Positions 9,993 through 21,689 of a DNA stretch of 64,000 nt are shown here, in pieces; position 1 is the stretch's first letter; each line of letters starts with the position of its first letter. Below the pieces are notes generated by a model. It saw only the letters and a list, made by a program, of their open reading frames with translations, did not search any database and was not told the origin of the DNA. Source of the stretch: Thermodesulfobacteriota bacterium (GTDB lineage: Bacteria; Desulfobacterota; Binatia; Bin18). The position numbers and the translations under genes were made by a program. Location: positions 1,536,001 through 1,600,000 of the forward strand of contig OZ219926.1 in NCBI GenBank assembly GCA_964291405.2. The letters run 5' to 3'.

Positions 9993-10988
9993 TCAGGCAT
10001 TCACATCAATGACAACACGGCCACGGACCTGCCCACGTAAAATCTGCGGGGCCAGCTCCAACACCTTTGACATGGGTTCCACCATGGTCATGGCGTCCAG
10101 CTTGTCTAGCGGCAGGTCCTGGGCGAGACGATCCCAGGCCGTTTGCCGTTTGGGGTTGGGACACATTACGGAGTCCACCCCGATCAAACTGACGTTCCGC
10201 AAAATGAACGGCAGAACCGAGGTCGGCAGATCAGCCCCCCCGGCCAGACCACAGGCCGCCACCGCCCCACCATAACAGGTCCCTCGCAGGACCGAGGCCA
10301 AAGTCTGCCCGCCCACGGAATCGACGCCGCCCGCCCAACGTTCGGCGTCCAAAGGGCGGCCCGAGGGCTCGGCGAGTTCTGCCCGTTCAACAATGGTCGA
10401 GGCGCCCAGACCGGTGAGATAGTCGCTCAGTTCCGGCCGGCCAGTTGACGCGGCCACTGTATAGCCAAGCTTGGATAACACGGCGACCGCTACGCTACCG
10501 ACGCCGCCTGCGGCACCGGTCACAATTACTTCTTCCTCTCCGGGTGTTACGCCCATGCGTTCCAGGTCCAGGATGCAGAGCATGGCGGTATAGCCGGCCG
10601 TACCCACGGCCATGGCTTGTTTGAGGCTGAAGGCGTCAGGCACGCGCGTCAGCCATTCGGATTTGACCCGCTGTTTCTGAGCATAGCCGCCGCCGTGGCT
10701 CATGCTGAGTTCCCAGCCGGTGATCAGGACCCTATCTCCGGGCTGATAAGCCGGCGAACTGGAAGACTCGACCGTCCCGGCCAGGTCGATCCCGCCAATC
10801 ATGGGATAGGTACGCGCAATGGGCGCGGTCCCGGTGACGGCCAGGCCGTCTTTGTAGTTCAGCGTGGAATAGGCAACGTTGACGGTCACATCTCCGGCTG
10901 GCAGATCGTCCAGCGTGATTTCCTTCAGCTCGGACGAGATTTTTTTCTCAACCCTGTTGATAACAATCGCGTGTATGGCTTCCCCCAT
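9993..10988 (-). CDS. acuI: MDR-family oxidoreductase, YhdH/AcuI (acrylyl-CoA reductase) type
   Basis: YSTLNYKDGLA, GTAGYTAMLC, TGAAGGVGS, PFILRNVSLIGVDS, GQVRGRVVID. Confidence 0.85.
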   Translation of the reverse strand: MGEAIHAIVINRVEKKISSELKEITLDDLPAGDVTVNVAYSTLNYKDGLAVTGTAPIARTYPMIGGIDLAGTVESSSSPAYQPGDRVLITGWELSMSHGGGYAQKQRVKSEWLTRVPDAFSLKQAMAVGTAGYTAMLCILDLERMGVTPGEEEVIVTGAAGGVGSVAVAVLSKLGYTVAASTGRPELSDYLTGLGASTIVERAELAEPSGRPLDAERWAGGVDSVGGQTLASVLRGTCYGGAVAACGLAGGADLPTSVLPFILRNVSLIGVDSVMCPNPKRQTAWDRLAQDLPLDKLDAMTMVEPMSKVLELAPQILRGQVRGRVVIDVNA

Positions 10989-11100
10989 GCGTTTCAACTC
11001 CTCACGATGGCTATTTATGAATACAGAGGGGCAGGATAGCCAGCCTGCGGAGAAAAGGCTACACCCCGTATCCGGCAGAGGCGCCAAGGAAGGCAATAGC

Positions 11101-11679
11101 CTAGAATGAGGAGCCGAACTGCTTGAGAAACTCCAACTCCGCCGGTGTTGAAGCCCGGCCCAGAACAGTGTTGCGGTGGGGAAACCGCCCGAAGCGATCA
11201 ATCACCTCCTGATGTCTGACCGCATAGGAAGTATCAAAATAGGCGCGCACTTCGGCGAGCTGCTGAAAGAGCATGACCGAGCGCTGCTGATGGGCGCGAT
11301 CCTCGCTATGCATAAAGGGAACGTACACGAAATAGCGCTCGACCAGACGCAACTGCCGGTCAAGCCCCGCGTCGATCATTTGCTCCGCTATCTGCCGTGC
11401 CAACGGGTCGGTCGCAAAGGCGCGCGGGTCGTTGCGGAACATGTTGCGGGGAAACTGATCCAGGACCAGGATAAGTGCCACACCGCCCCGCGCCGTCTCC
11501 GTCCAGTGGGTCAGTTGACCTTGAGCGGCCAGCTCATAGTCGGCCTGGAAACGCTGGACGATCTCCCGGTCGAAGTCGGCATTCTGAACAAACCAGCGCG
11601 GGGCGTATTCTTCAAAATAAGACGGCTCGTCCCGGACTTCGCCAAACCAGAAGGTCAGGATTTCTTCGATATCGGCCAT
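11101..11679 (-). CDS. DUF924 family protein
   Basis: LDQFPRNMFR, PFMHSED, RFGRFPHRN. Confidence 0.92.
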   Translation of the reverse strand: MADIEEILTFWFGEVRDEPSYFEEYAPRWFVQNADFDREIVQRFQADYELAAQGQLTHWTETARGGVALILVLDQFPRNMFRNDPRAFATDPLARQIAEQMIDAGLDRQLRLVERYFVYVPFMHSEDRAHQQRSVMLFQQLAEVRAYFDTSYAVRHQEVIDRFGRFPHRNTVLGRASTPAELEFLKQFGSSF

Positions 11680-11746
11680 GCGCGGACCGTCCCGGCAAGG
11701 AGTGCAGACCGGGGCGAGCCCGAACGGCCCGCCCCAGTTCTAAGGG

Positions 11747-13381
11747 TTAAATTGCCCGGTAAGCGGCAAACGACTGCGTTGACGACCGCGCGTTGGGGTC
11801 GGTTATCACATTGATCACCGCCGGCTTGCCCGAGGCAATGGCACGCTCAAGTGCCGGCCGAATGTCTTCCGGCCTTTCGACAAACTCACCGTGCGCTCCG
11901 AACACCTTGGCCATCTCATCATACCGGCTGAAGCCCAGGTCGCGTCCGGCGTTCATCACCCCCGCGCCGGCCCAGCCGCCATTATTGCTGATGACGATGA
12001 TGGCCGGGATGTTCTTGCGGACCATGGTGTCGATTTCCATGCCGTTCATGCCAAACGAACCGTCTCCGCTGAGGACAATGACCTGCGTGTCCGGTTTGGC
12101 CACTTTTGCGCCGAGTCCGAACGGCACGGCCACGCCCATACAGCCGTTCGGGCCGGCGTTGACCCGGTGGCCGGGAGCGTTGGTCGGCACCGACTGGCGC
12201 GCAAAATTGAGAATCTCGTGGCCGTCGACGACAATAATGGCGTCGCGGTCCATAAAGTCACGGACCTCTTTGCACAGCCGTAGGGGGTGCATGGGAGACG
12301 ATTCCGCCTGCATGATGGCGCTCATCTTTTCCTGGGAACGTTGGTCATGGCCGCGCAGCGTATCGATCCAGGCCAGCTCGTCCCGGCCCCGGAAAGAGTC
12401 GCTGGCCTCGTCTATCAGTTGACGTAAGACCATCTTGGCGTCACCCACGATACCGACATCAACCGCGCGGTTGCGACCGATCTCTTCATCCGCGATATCG
12501 ACCTGGATCATTTTGACATCTTCCGCAAAACGCGGCGCCTGCCCGAAACCCAGAATGAAGTTGAGGCGCGTGCCCACAATCAGCACCACGTCGGCCTCTT
12601 TCCAGGCCCGGTTACGCGCGCCCAGAAAGCTCAGGGCATGGTCCTCAGGAATAACACCACGACCCTGTGGGGTGGTGTAAAAGGGGATGCCGGTCGTTTC
12701 CACAAACTCCTGGAGTTCCTGCATCGCTCCCGACCACATGATACCGGTCCCGGTAATGACCAAGGGCCGCTCGGCCGCCTTCAGCAGCGCCACTGCCTCC
12801 TTGACCAAGGCCGGATCACCGGCCACCCGCGGGACTTGGTGAGGACGCTTGGGAAACGTGACTTCCTCTTCTTCAACCACCCGGTAGAGGACGTCGCCCG
12901 GCAGGTCGACATAGACCGGACCCGGCTGACCGCTGGTGGCCACACGAAAGGCTTTATTGATGATTTCCGGAATGCGACGCGCGTCTTTGACCCGCTCGGA
13001 CATTTTGGTGATCGGCTTGAACATGCCGACCTGATCCATCTCCTGGAATGCGCCCATGCCGTCCTGGGAAATGGCACTCGCTCCGCCCAGAGCAACGACC
13101 GGAACGGCGTCCAGATACGCATTGCCCACACCTGTAATCAGATTCGTGACACCGGGGCCGGAGGCGGCAAAGCACACTCCCGGCTTGCCCAGCACCCGAC
13201 TATAGGCGTGGGCCGCCATGGAAGCCCCTTGCTCGTGACGCACATCGACCGAGTTAAATCCAATCTCAATACATTTGGAGGCCACATCGACCATCGGCCC
13301 GCCGGTGATGTAGAAAACGGTATCCACGCCTTCGTCTTTGAGCGACTTGACGACCAATGAGTTGCCATCAACTTTTGCCAT
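11747..13381 (-). CDS. Thiamine diphosphate-dependent enzyme, 2-hydroxyacyl-CoA lyase/oxalyl-CoA decarboxylase-like
   Basis: DVRHEQGA, SGPGVTN, GAFQEMDQ, GDGSFG...NNGGW ThDP motif; SD AAGGAGG. Confidence 0.88.
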   Translation of the reverse strand: MAKVDGNSLVVKSLKDEGVDTVFYITGGPMVDVASKCIEIGFNSVDVRHEQGASMAAHAYSRVLGKPGVCFAASGPGVTNLITGVGNAYLDAVPVVALGGASAISQDGMGAFQEMDQVGMFKPITKMSERVKDARRIPEIINKAFRVATSGQPGPVYVDLPGDVLYRVVEEEEVTFPKRPHQVPRVAGDPALVKEAVALLKAAERPLVITGTGIMWSGAMQELQEFVETTGIPFYTTPQGRGVIPEDHALSFLGARNRAWKEADVVLIVGTRLNFILGFGQAPRFAEDVKMIQVDIADEEIGRNRAVDVGIVGDAKMVLRQLIDEASDSFRGRDELAWIDTLRGHDQRSQEKMSAIMQAESSPMHPLRLCKEVRDFMDRDAIIVVDGHEILNFARQSVPTNAPGHRVNAGPNGCMGVAVPFGLGAKVAKPDTQVIVLSGDGSFGMNGMEIDTMVRKNIPAIIVISNNGGWAGAGVMNAGRDLGFSRYDEMAKVFGAHGEFVERPEDIRPALERAIASGKPAVINVITDPNARSSTQSFAAYRAI

Positions 13382-13481
13382 ACTTTCCTCCCTTTTCTTC
13401 TGATTTTTTCTAGGTTCATCCCGTGTGACCGGGCATATTATCCTTAGTGCGTACGAAAATGCCAGAGGCAGGCTCTGCATA

Positions 13482-14348
13482 TCACACTCGCACCACAAGC
13501 CGCCCCTCAGCCCGCAAGGCCACACTCATCGATTTCGTATTATAGACAACACCACTCCGGCCAAAGGGATCGAGCAGAATCAGACCGGCCTCTCCCCGTG
13601 TCTGTCGTGTAAGGCGAGCCAGAGCAGCGCGAGCGGCTTGCGCGGTATCCTTCCCACCGCGCAGCAATTCCACCGCCGTGCGGGCGAGAGTCGCCCGAAT
13701 AATGTCCTCGCCATCGCCTGTTGCCGAGCACGCGCCAATTGCACTGTCCGCATACGTCCCGGCCCCAATGACGGCAGAGTCGCCCACACGGCCGGAGCGC
13801 TTGCCCATCAAGCCGCCGGTTGAGGTTGCCGCCGCCAGCCCGCCAGACGAATCCAGGGCAACCGCGCCAACCGTCCCAGGTTCGCCTGTGGTTTGTCGCG
13901 CCTGCCAGCGCTGGTACTGGCGGGTGGTAATCAATTCGTCCCCCGTGGCGGGCGGCAGCCCGTGCTCTCGTGCGAATCGTTCGGCCCCATCGCCGACCAG
14001 AAATACGTGTCGCCCGTCCTTCATGACAGCCCGAGCAAGTTGGATGGTATTCTTGATATTCCTGACCGCCCCCACAGCGCCAGTCTGAAATGTGGAGCCG
14101 TCCATGAGGGAAGCGTCAACTTCAACGGTCCCATCTTCCGTCAGGCAGGAGCCAAGGCCGGCGTTGAAGAGAGGGTGGTCTTCGAGGGTCACGGTGGCTT
14201 GCACAACCGTATCGAGGGCAGTCCCGCCCCGAACAAGAATATCCCAACCTGCGGCAAAGGCAGCCTCCAGCCCTGATCGGCGCTCGGCTTGTAGTGCAGG
14301 TGGCGTCGCAGCTCCGGCGCCACCGTGGACGATCAGAGCGGGGGTCAT
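13482..14348 (-). CDS. iaaA: Isoaspartyl peptidase/L-asparaginase (Ntn hydrolase)
   Basis: VHGGAG, LEDHPLFNAG, GTVGAVA, ATSTGG, GRVGDS. Confidence 0.88.
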   Translation of the reverse strand: MTPALIVHGGAGAATPPALQAERRSGLEAAFAAGWDILVRGGTALDTVVQATVTLEDHPLFNAGLGSCLTEDGTVEVDASLMDGSTFQTGAVGAVRNIKNTIQLARAVMKDGRHVFLVGDGAERFAREHGLPPATGDELITTRQYQRWQARQTTGEPGTVGAVALDSSGGLAAATSTGGLMGKRSGRVGDSAVIGAGTYADSAIGACSATGDGEDIIRATLARTAVELLRGGKDTAQAARAALARLTRQTRGEAGLILLDPFGRSGVVYNTKSMSVALRAEGRLVVRV

Positions 14349-14380
14349 GGCAGAAAAGGGCGAACGCTACGGGCAGCCGC

Positions 14381-15523
14381 CTACAAGTCCAGCGTCTGGG
14401 CCACTACTTCACGGTGGGTCGGGGCGCTGCCGAAGGCGGCTTCGGATGCCAGGCCGCGGCGATAAAAGAGGTGCATATCGTGCTCCCAGGTAAACCCGAT
14501 GCCGCCATGAACCTGAATGGCCTCACTGGTCACCGTCTTGCACATATCGCTGCAATACGCCTTGGCCATGGGTACGGCCTGGGATGCTTCGTCCACATTC
14601 TCATCGACCGTCCAGGCCGCGTAATAGGTCAGTGAGCGCGCGTTTTCGACCTGGACCATCATATCCACACATTTGTGCTTGACGGCTTGAAAACTGCCTA
14701 TGGGTTTCCCGAACTGCACCCGCTCCTTGGCGTATTCAACGGCCATATCCAGCGCCTGCTGTCCGGTCCCGACCATCTCGGTACACAGTCCGGCGATGGC
14801 TTGATCGAGGACGCGCTTGAGAATCGACCAGCCCTGGCCCACCTCGCCAAGAACTTGCGAGCCGGCCACCGCAACATCCTGGAAAGCGACGTGACACTGG
14901 CGGCGGGTCATGTCCACGGTTTTCAGTTGAGTGATCTCGACCCCCGGCGACTTGGCATCGACCAGAAAGAGCGTAATGCCCTCTTCTGCTGGAGTACCGG
15001 GTGAGCCGGTACGTGCAGCAACCACCATCTGATCGGCAACATGCGCATCCGGCACAAAGAGTTTTTCCCCGGACAGCACAAAGTCACTGCCCCGCGCCGT
15101 GGCCGGCATACCAATGCCGCCAGCGTCATAGCGGCCGCTCTTTTCGGCCTGGGCCAAGGTCATGACTAATTCACCAGCCGCGACCTGGGGAAGAACGGCA
15201 GCCTTTTGCTCGTCTGAGCCGCCGGCCAGCACGGCCGTGCCGCCCAGGAGCACGGTCGCCAAGAACGGCCCAGGCATCAGAGACCTGCCCATCTCTTCCA
15301 TCACGACAACCAGATCGAGAAAACTCCCGCCAATACCGCCGTGCTCCTCGGGAATCAGAATGCCCACCCAGCCCAACTCGGCGGCTTTTTTCCAGAGTTC
15401 CGTAGCGTGGGCGCTGTCATCTTCCATCATCTTACGCACGAAGGTGGTCGGACACTCCGCGTCCAGGAATTTTCGAGCCGAGTCGCGCAGCAATTCTTGA
15501 TCTTCACTGAAACCGAAATCCAT
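14381..15523 (-). CDS. Acyl-CoA dehydrogenase family protein (partner subunit)
   Basis: RVQFGKPIGSFQAVKH, QVHGGIGFTWEHD. Confidence 0.92.
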   Translation of the reverse strand: MDFGFSEDQELLRDSARKFLDAECPTTFVRKMMEDDSAHATELWKKAAELGWVGILIPEEHGGIGGSFLDLVVVMEEMGRSLMPGPFLATVLLGGTAVLAGGSDEQKAAVLPQVAAGELVMTLAQAEKSGRYDAGGIGMPATARGSDFVLSGEKLFVPDAHVADQMVVAARTGSPGTPAEEGITLFLVDAKSPGVEITQLKTVDMTRRQCHVAFQDVAVAGSQVLGEVGQGWSILKRVLDQAIAGLCTEMVGTGQQALDMAVEYAKERVQFGKPIGSFQAVKHKCVDMMVQVENARSLTYYAAWTVDENVDEASQAVPMAKAYCSDMCKTVTSEAIQVHGGIGFTWEHDMHLFYRRGLASEAAFGSAPTHREVVAQTLDL

Positions 15524-15532
15524 GCTTCCCCC

Positions 15533-16717
15533 TTATCCCTTTGGTAACCGCAGGACGCGCTCGCCAACGATGTTGCGCATGATCTCTGAGGTCCCACCGG
15601 CAATCGTGTACAGGCGGGAGCCTAAGGCGCGGCGCGCCCAAAAACCGTTATCGATACCCTGAGATTCCCCCAAGGCGCACTGACTGTACGGACCCAACAG
15701 CTCCATCGCAAAATGCGCCATACGGATATACAGCTCACTCCCGGCCAGCTTGCTGATCGATCCTTCCGGTCCCGGCGGGTTGCCGCGTAACTGTTGGGTC
15801 AGTTGCCGATAGCCGTTGAACTTGAGCGCCTGGATTTCAACATGAAAGGCTGCCAGCTTTTGGCGTACATCCGGGTCATCGATTGCCGGTTGGCCGTTGA
15901 CTTCCAGGTCTTTGAGACCCGCCTTCAATCTGTCCAGCATGGGCTCCAGGTTGTAGACCATGCCAAAGTTCGCCCGCTCGAACATAAGCGTGGTAATCGC
16001 GACCTGCCAGCCGTTATTCCGTTCGCCGACCAGATTGGCTTTGGGCACCCGGACATCCTCGAAGAAGACCTCGTTGAATTCCGCATCGCCGGAGATTTGG
16101 ACCAAGGGCCGGACCGTCACCCCAGGCGAATGCATATCCACCAGGAGATAGGACAACCCTTTGTGCTTGGGGGCGTCTGGGTCGGTCCGCGCCACAAGAA
16201 TGCAGTAGTCGGCTTTGTGGGCAAAGCTCGTCCAGACTTTCTGGCCGTTCACGACAAAGTCGTCACCATCATCCACCGCCCGCGTCTGGAGGGAGGCCAG
16301 GTCCGAGCCGGAGCCCGGTTCGGAATAGCCCTGACACCATAATTCCTCAGCGCTGAGTATCCTGGGGACAAAACGCTCTTTCTGCTCCTCCGTTCCCCAG
16401 TGCATCAAGGTCGGGCCGACCAGCGAGATACCAAGCGGATTGGCTAGTCCGGGCGCGTGCACCCGGGCCATCTCCTGCTGGTAGATGGTCTGCTCCATGA
16501 TCGTAGCGCCCCGACCGCCATACTCCTTGGGCCAATGAATGCCGACCCAGCCCGCGCCATGCAGCTTCTTCTGCCAGTCGAACTTGATCTGAAAGCGCTC
16601 TTCCTGGTCGATAATCTCAAAGGTCTCCGGGTCGTAGTTGTCCGCCGGATTAGCTTCGAGCCACGAGCGTAGCTCCTGCCGAAACGCGTCTTCTTGCGGA
16701 GAATAGTCAAAGTCCAC
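15533..16717 (-). CDS. Acyl-CoA dehydrogenase family protein
   Basis: WCQGYSEPGSGSDLA, NGQKVWTS, TIAGGTSEIMRN. Confidence 0.92.
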   Translation of the reverse strand: MDFDYSPQEDAFRQELRSWLEANPADNYDPETFEIIDQEERFQIKFDWQKKLHGAGWVGIHWPKEYGGRGATIMEQTIYQQEMARVHAPGLANPLGISLVGPTLMHWGTEEQKERFVPRILSAEELWCQGYSEPGSGSDLASLQTRAVDDGDDFVVNGQKVWTSFAHKADYCILVARTDPDAPKHKGLSYLLVDMHSPGVTVRPLVQISGDAEFNEVFFEDVRVPKANLVGERNNGWQVAITTLMFERANFGMVYNLEPMLDRLKAGLKDLEVNGQPAIDDPDVRQKLAAFHVEIQALKFNGYRQLTQQLRGNPPGPEGSISKLAGSELYIRMAHFAMELLGPYSQCALGESQGIDNGFWARRALGSRLYTIAGGTSEIMRNIVGERVLRLPKG

Positions 16718-16875
16718 GCCGTACTCCTGTCGCGGAAAAGTATCGCGCGCGAATTATAGTTTTTGGTCAGGAGAAAGGAAAGGGGTCAAGGCGAAAGGCT
16801 GCGCCCGGCTTGACACCCGGCCCGTGTGCTGACTAATTGAGCCCGACATCTTTCTCTAGCTGATCGGGGGTTCGG

Positions 16876-18594
16876 GTGCGCTATCGCCAAACATTCATCC
16901 CAACATTACGTGAAGACCCGACTGAGGCCGAAGTCATCAGCCACAAGCTCTTACTGCGCGCCGGTATGATGCGCCAGGTGGCGCGCGGCGTGTATGACTT
17001 TCTGCCGCTCGGGTTGCGCGTTGTGCGGAAAGTCGAAAACATTGTACGCGAAGAAATGAACCGCGCGGGGGCCCAGGAAATCCTCATGCCGGCCGTCTGT
17101 CCGGCGGAACTCTGGCAGGAGAGTGGTCGCTGGGATGTATACGGCAGAGAGCTGCTGCGCATCAAAGATCGGCACGACCGGGATTTTTGCTTTGGGCCGA
17201 CCCATGAGGAGGTCGTGACCGATATCGTCCGGCGGGAGGTCCGGTCGTACCGAGACCTGCCACTCAATTTGTATCAGATTCAGACCAAGTTTCGAGATGA
17301 AGTCCGGCCTCGCTTTGGCTTGATGCGCGGCCGCGAATTTATCATGAAAGACGCCTATTCCTTTCATACCGATCTGGAGGACTGCCAGCGCGAATACCGC
17401 AATATGTACGACGCCTACCGGCGGGTCTTTGATCGGTGTGGGCTAACCTCCCGTCCGGTGGAGGCGGATACTGGAGCCATCGGGGGCAGTCTGTCGCATG
17501 AGTTCCAGGTGCTGGCGGAGTCCGGCGAAGACGCCATTGTCAGTTGTGACTCGTGTGATTATGCCGCCAATGTGGAAAAAGCCGAACTCGCCCCACCGCC
17601 GCCTCCATCAGATACGCGCGAAGCGGCGCTCACCCGAGTCGAGACGCCAGACCAACGGACCATCGAGGAAGTCTCGACCTTCCTGGGCGAGCCCCCAGAG
17701 CGCTTCGTCAAGACCCTGCTCTACGAGACCGATACGGGCGCGGTGGTCGCCGCCCTGGTACGGGGAGACCACGAGCTCAGCGAGCCTAAGCTGAAAAACC
17801 TGCTCGGCTGTGAGTGGGTCGCGCTCGCGGATGAAGAAACCGTCCAAAAGGTGACCGGTGCTCCAACCGGTTTTGCCGGACCAATACAGCTCAAGGCCAA
17901 GCTTATCAGCGACCAGACTCTGCGGGGTGCAAGAGGCCTGGTGTGTGGTGCAAACGAGCGGGATATGCATATGACCGGGCTTGATATCGAGCGCGACCTG
18001 CCCTCCCTCCAGTTCGCCGACCTGCGCCGGGCAATAGCGGGCGACACCTGCCCGCGCTGTGAGAAAGGGCGGTTTACCGATCATCGCGGTATTGAGGTCG
18101 GTCAGACGTTTTATCTTGGCACGAAGTATAGCCAGGCAATGAATGCAACCTATCTAGATGCCAAAGGCGAACAGCATCCCATGGAAATGGGCTGTTATGG
18201 CATCGGTATCACCCGGACCGTCGCGGCCGCCATTGAGCAGAACCATGATGATGCCGGCATTGTCTGGCCCAAACCGCTCGCTCCCGCAGATATTCATATC
18301 GTGCCGGTCAATTGGAATGACGACACGACCCGGAAGGCGGCGGAAGATGTCTATGCCAAACTCCGGCAGTCCGGGACGGATGTCTTATTTGACGATCGGG
18401 AAGAGCGGCCGGGCGTAAAATTTAAGGACGCTGACCTGCTAGGCATTCCGCTCCGGGCCACTATTGGTGGCAAGTCCTTAGCCCGCGGGGTGATTGAACT
18501 AAAGGACCGCGCGGATGGAGCAATGACGGAAGTCCCGACAGACCGGGCGGTCGAAACCATCCAGCAGGCGCTCAGCAATACGGAGACCGCCTGA
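16876..18594 (+). CDS. proS: Proline--tRNA ligase with INS editing domain
   Basis: GPTHEE, QTKFRDEVRPRFGLMRGREF, GCYGIG, GVKFKDADLLG. Confidence 0.97.
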   Translation: MRYRQTFIPTLREDPTEAEVISHKLLLRAGMMRQVARGVYDFLPLGLRVVRKVENIVREEMNRAGAQEILMPAVCPAELWQESGRWDVYGRELLRIKDRHDRDFCFGPTHEEVVTDIVRREVRSYRDLPLNLYQIQTKFRDEVRPRFGLMRGREFIMKDAYSFHTDLEDCQREYRNMYDAYRRVFDRCGLTSRPVEADTGAIGGSLSHEFQVLAESGEDAIVSCDSCDYAANVEKAELAPPPPPSDTREAALTRVETPDQRTIEEVSTFLGEPPERFVKTLLYETDTGAVVAALVRGDHELSEPKLKNLLGCEWVALADEETVQKVTGAPTGFAGPIQLKAKLISDQTLRGARGLVCGANERDMHMTGLDIERDLPSLQFADLRRAIAGDTCPRCEKGRFTDHRGIEVGQTFYLGTKYSQAMNATYLDAKGEQHPMEMGCYGIGITRTVAAAIEQNHDDAGIVWPKPLAPADIHIVPVNWNDDTTRKAAEDVYAKLRQSGTDVLFDDREERPGVKFKDADLLGIPLRATIGGKSLARGVIELKDRADGAMTEVPTDRAVETIQQALSNTETA

Positions 18595-18595
18595 G

Positions 18596-18625
18596 TCTGA
18601 GCCTGTCCTGAGCCGAGTCGAAGGG
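18596..18625. repeat. Short intergenic repeat of the CCTGAGC..GTCGAAGG type
   Basis: CTGAGCCTGTCCTGAGCCGAGTCGAAGGG resembles a widespread small palindromic intergenic repeat; one copy in this window. Confidence 0.45.
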
Positions 18626-18639
18626 AAGCGCGCAACACG

Positions 18640-19467
18640 ATGGCTCCTCGTTCCGTCAATCAGGCAAAGAACACGCAGGTCCGCCCTCGGGTTTCCCGGA
18701 AAACGAGCCACCCGCGCGCACGCCGCCGACTGATCTTTGCGCTCGATGTTGCTTCACTGAAAGAAGTCGATCACTACGTTGCCCTGCTTGCCGACGAGGT
18801 CGGCCTGTTCAAGGTCGGTAAGCAACTGTTCGTGCACGCCGGTCCCGAGGTTGTCCGCCGCATTCACACCAAGGGCGGTTCGGTCTTCCTCGACCTCAAA
18901 TTCCACGACATTCCCCAGACAGTGGCTTCCGCCTCAGTGGAAGCCGCCCGTCTAGGGGTGAAGATGCTCACCCTGCACGCCTCTGGTGGTGTCGATATGT
19001 TACAGCAGGCCCACCGGGCAGTCCGTTCCGTGTGTCGCGCCGAACAGCTCACCCGCCCCACCCTTCTGGCTGTTACCGTGTTGACGAGTCTGGGCCGGGA
19101 CGACCTCAAGCAGGTCGGGGTTAGCGCTGGTCCGGCGACGCAAGTCGTTCGGCTCGCCCGGCTTGCCCAACAAGCAGGTATTGAAGGTCTGGTAGCTTCT
19201 CCTCGAGAAATTACCGCAGTCCGTCGCGCCTGTGGAGACAAACTGACCCTGGTCATTCCAGGCGTTCGTCCGCAGGGCAGCACAGCCGACGATCAGAAGC
19301 GAATTCTAACGCCTCCCCAAGCCATGCAGGCCGGAGCAAATTATCTGGTTGTTGGCAGACCTATTCGAGATGCCATAGACCCACGCCAGGCCGCACGTGA
19401 TATTGTCACAGACATGGCACGGGGGCTGAGCAAACGACCTCAAGCAGTGATACGCTCACGGCAATAG
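18640..19467 (+). CDS. pyrF: Orotidine-5'-phosphate decarboxylase
   Basis: IFALD, FLDLKFHDIPQTV, AVTVLTS, PGVRP, DDQKR, VVGRPI. Confidence 0.96.
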   Translation: MAPRSVNQAKNTQVRPRVSRKTSHPRARRRLIFALDVASLKEVDHYVALLADEVGLFKVGKQLFVHAGPEVVRRIHTKGGSVFLDLKFHDIPQTVASASVEAARLGVKMLTLHASGGVDMLQQAHRAVRSVCRAEQLTRPTLLAVTVLTSLGRDDLKQVGVSAGPATQVVRLARLAQQAGIEGLVASPREITAVRRACGDKLTLVIPGVRPQGSTADDQKRILTPPQAMQAGANYLVVGRPIRDAIDPRQAARDIVTDMARGLSKRPQAVIRSRQ

Positions 19468-19535
19468 GGCAAAGAGTAAGGGAGGAAAAGGGTCTGTCGC
19501 CCGATGGGCAAGACGACAGACATGAGGTCATTCGT

Positions 19536-19853
19536 CTACTGGGTTAACGAGGGCTGTGTTGGATGGAATCGATAGACAATATCGTGCTCGCGCACGAGGA
19601 CGAGCCTGTCGCGAGCGAGTTGTTCCAAAAAGAGGTCGTCCGTGTGCAAACGCCGAATGCGTTCCTTGAGATCGTCATTCTCGCGCAACAGCGTCCGGAC
19701 TTGCGTTTCCAATGCGCGCTGCTCTTCGGTCAGGTGGAAGAGATGCAGAAGCCCGCGCTCGCTCCACACGGTTGAATACCCGAGCAGGGCGTACAGCGCC
19801 AGAATCGATGGGAACCACACCCAGCCGCACCGCCGCACTACCGTTCGTCCCAT
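19536..19853 (-). CDS. ftsB: Septum formation initiator FtsB/DivIC family protein
   Basis: Single TM helix, GLLHL, coiled coil, LEQLARDRLVLVREHDIVY. Confidence 0.72.
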   Translation of the reverse strand: MGRTVVRRCGWVWFPSILALYALLGYSTVWSERGLLHLFHLTEEQRALETQVRTLLRENDDLKERIRRLHTDDLFLEQLARDRLVLVREHDIVYRFHPTQPSLTQ

Positions 19854-19870
19854 ACAGAACATTCTACTGA

Positions 19871-21229
<1,359 letters not shown>

Positions 21230-21361
21230 CACCTTGTTCTTGTGCATTTTTGTTGCAGCAAAGAGGCCAATCTGATAAAAGATAATGAAAAGCCCTTCCG
21301 CCTTACATATATGATTTTTATGGACTAAGGGGTTCCCACACTCATACCGAAGGAGGTCACT

Positions 21362-21619
21362 ATGCCTGCGAAGAAGAAAGCGGCCAAGAAAACCGTCAAG
21401 AAGGCGGCCAAGAAGGCCCCAGCCAAGAAAGCGGCCAAGAAAGCTCCGGCCAAGAAGAAAGCGGCCAAGAAAACCGTCAAGAAGGCGGCCAAGAAAGCTC
21501 CGGCCAAGAAGAAAGCGGCCAAGAAAACCGTAAAGAAGGCGGCCAAGAAAGCTCCGGCCAAGAAAGCTCCGGCCAAGAAAGCTCCGGCCAAGAAGAGAGC
21601 GGCTAAGAAGAGAGCGTAA
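21362..21619 (+). CDS. Histone H1-like Lys/Ala/Pro-rich nucleoid protein
   Basis: Tandem [17 protein letters not shown] / APAKK repeats; SD AAGGAGGT; downstream terminator. Confidence 0.85.
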   Translation: MPAKKKAAKKTVKKAAKKAPAKKAAKKAPAKKKAAKKTVKKAAKKAPAKKKAAKKTVKKAAKKAPAKKAPAKKAPAKKRAAKKRA

Positions 21620-21662
21620 CGTCGCTCAGTGCGGCAGCAAGATACGAGGCGGAGGATTTCCA

Positions 21663-21689
21663 AGAAAAGGCCCCAAGCGGGCCTTTTCT
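21663..21689 (+). terminator. Rho-independent terminator
   Basis: AGAAAAGGCCC-CAAGC-GGGCCTTTTCT. Confidence 0.75.

Noticed and set aside
16810-16840. TTGACA upstream of proS as a promoter or T-box leader
   Set aside because: The -10 match is poor and the leader is too short for a T-box.
21362-21619. Direct DNA repeats considered as a possible CRISPR array
   Set aside because: Repeats are in-frame coding units with no unique spacers, and no cas genes are present.
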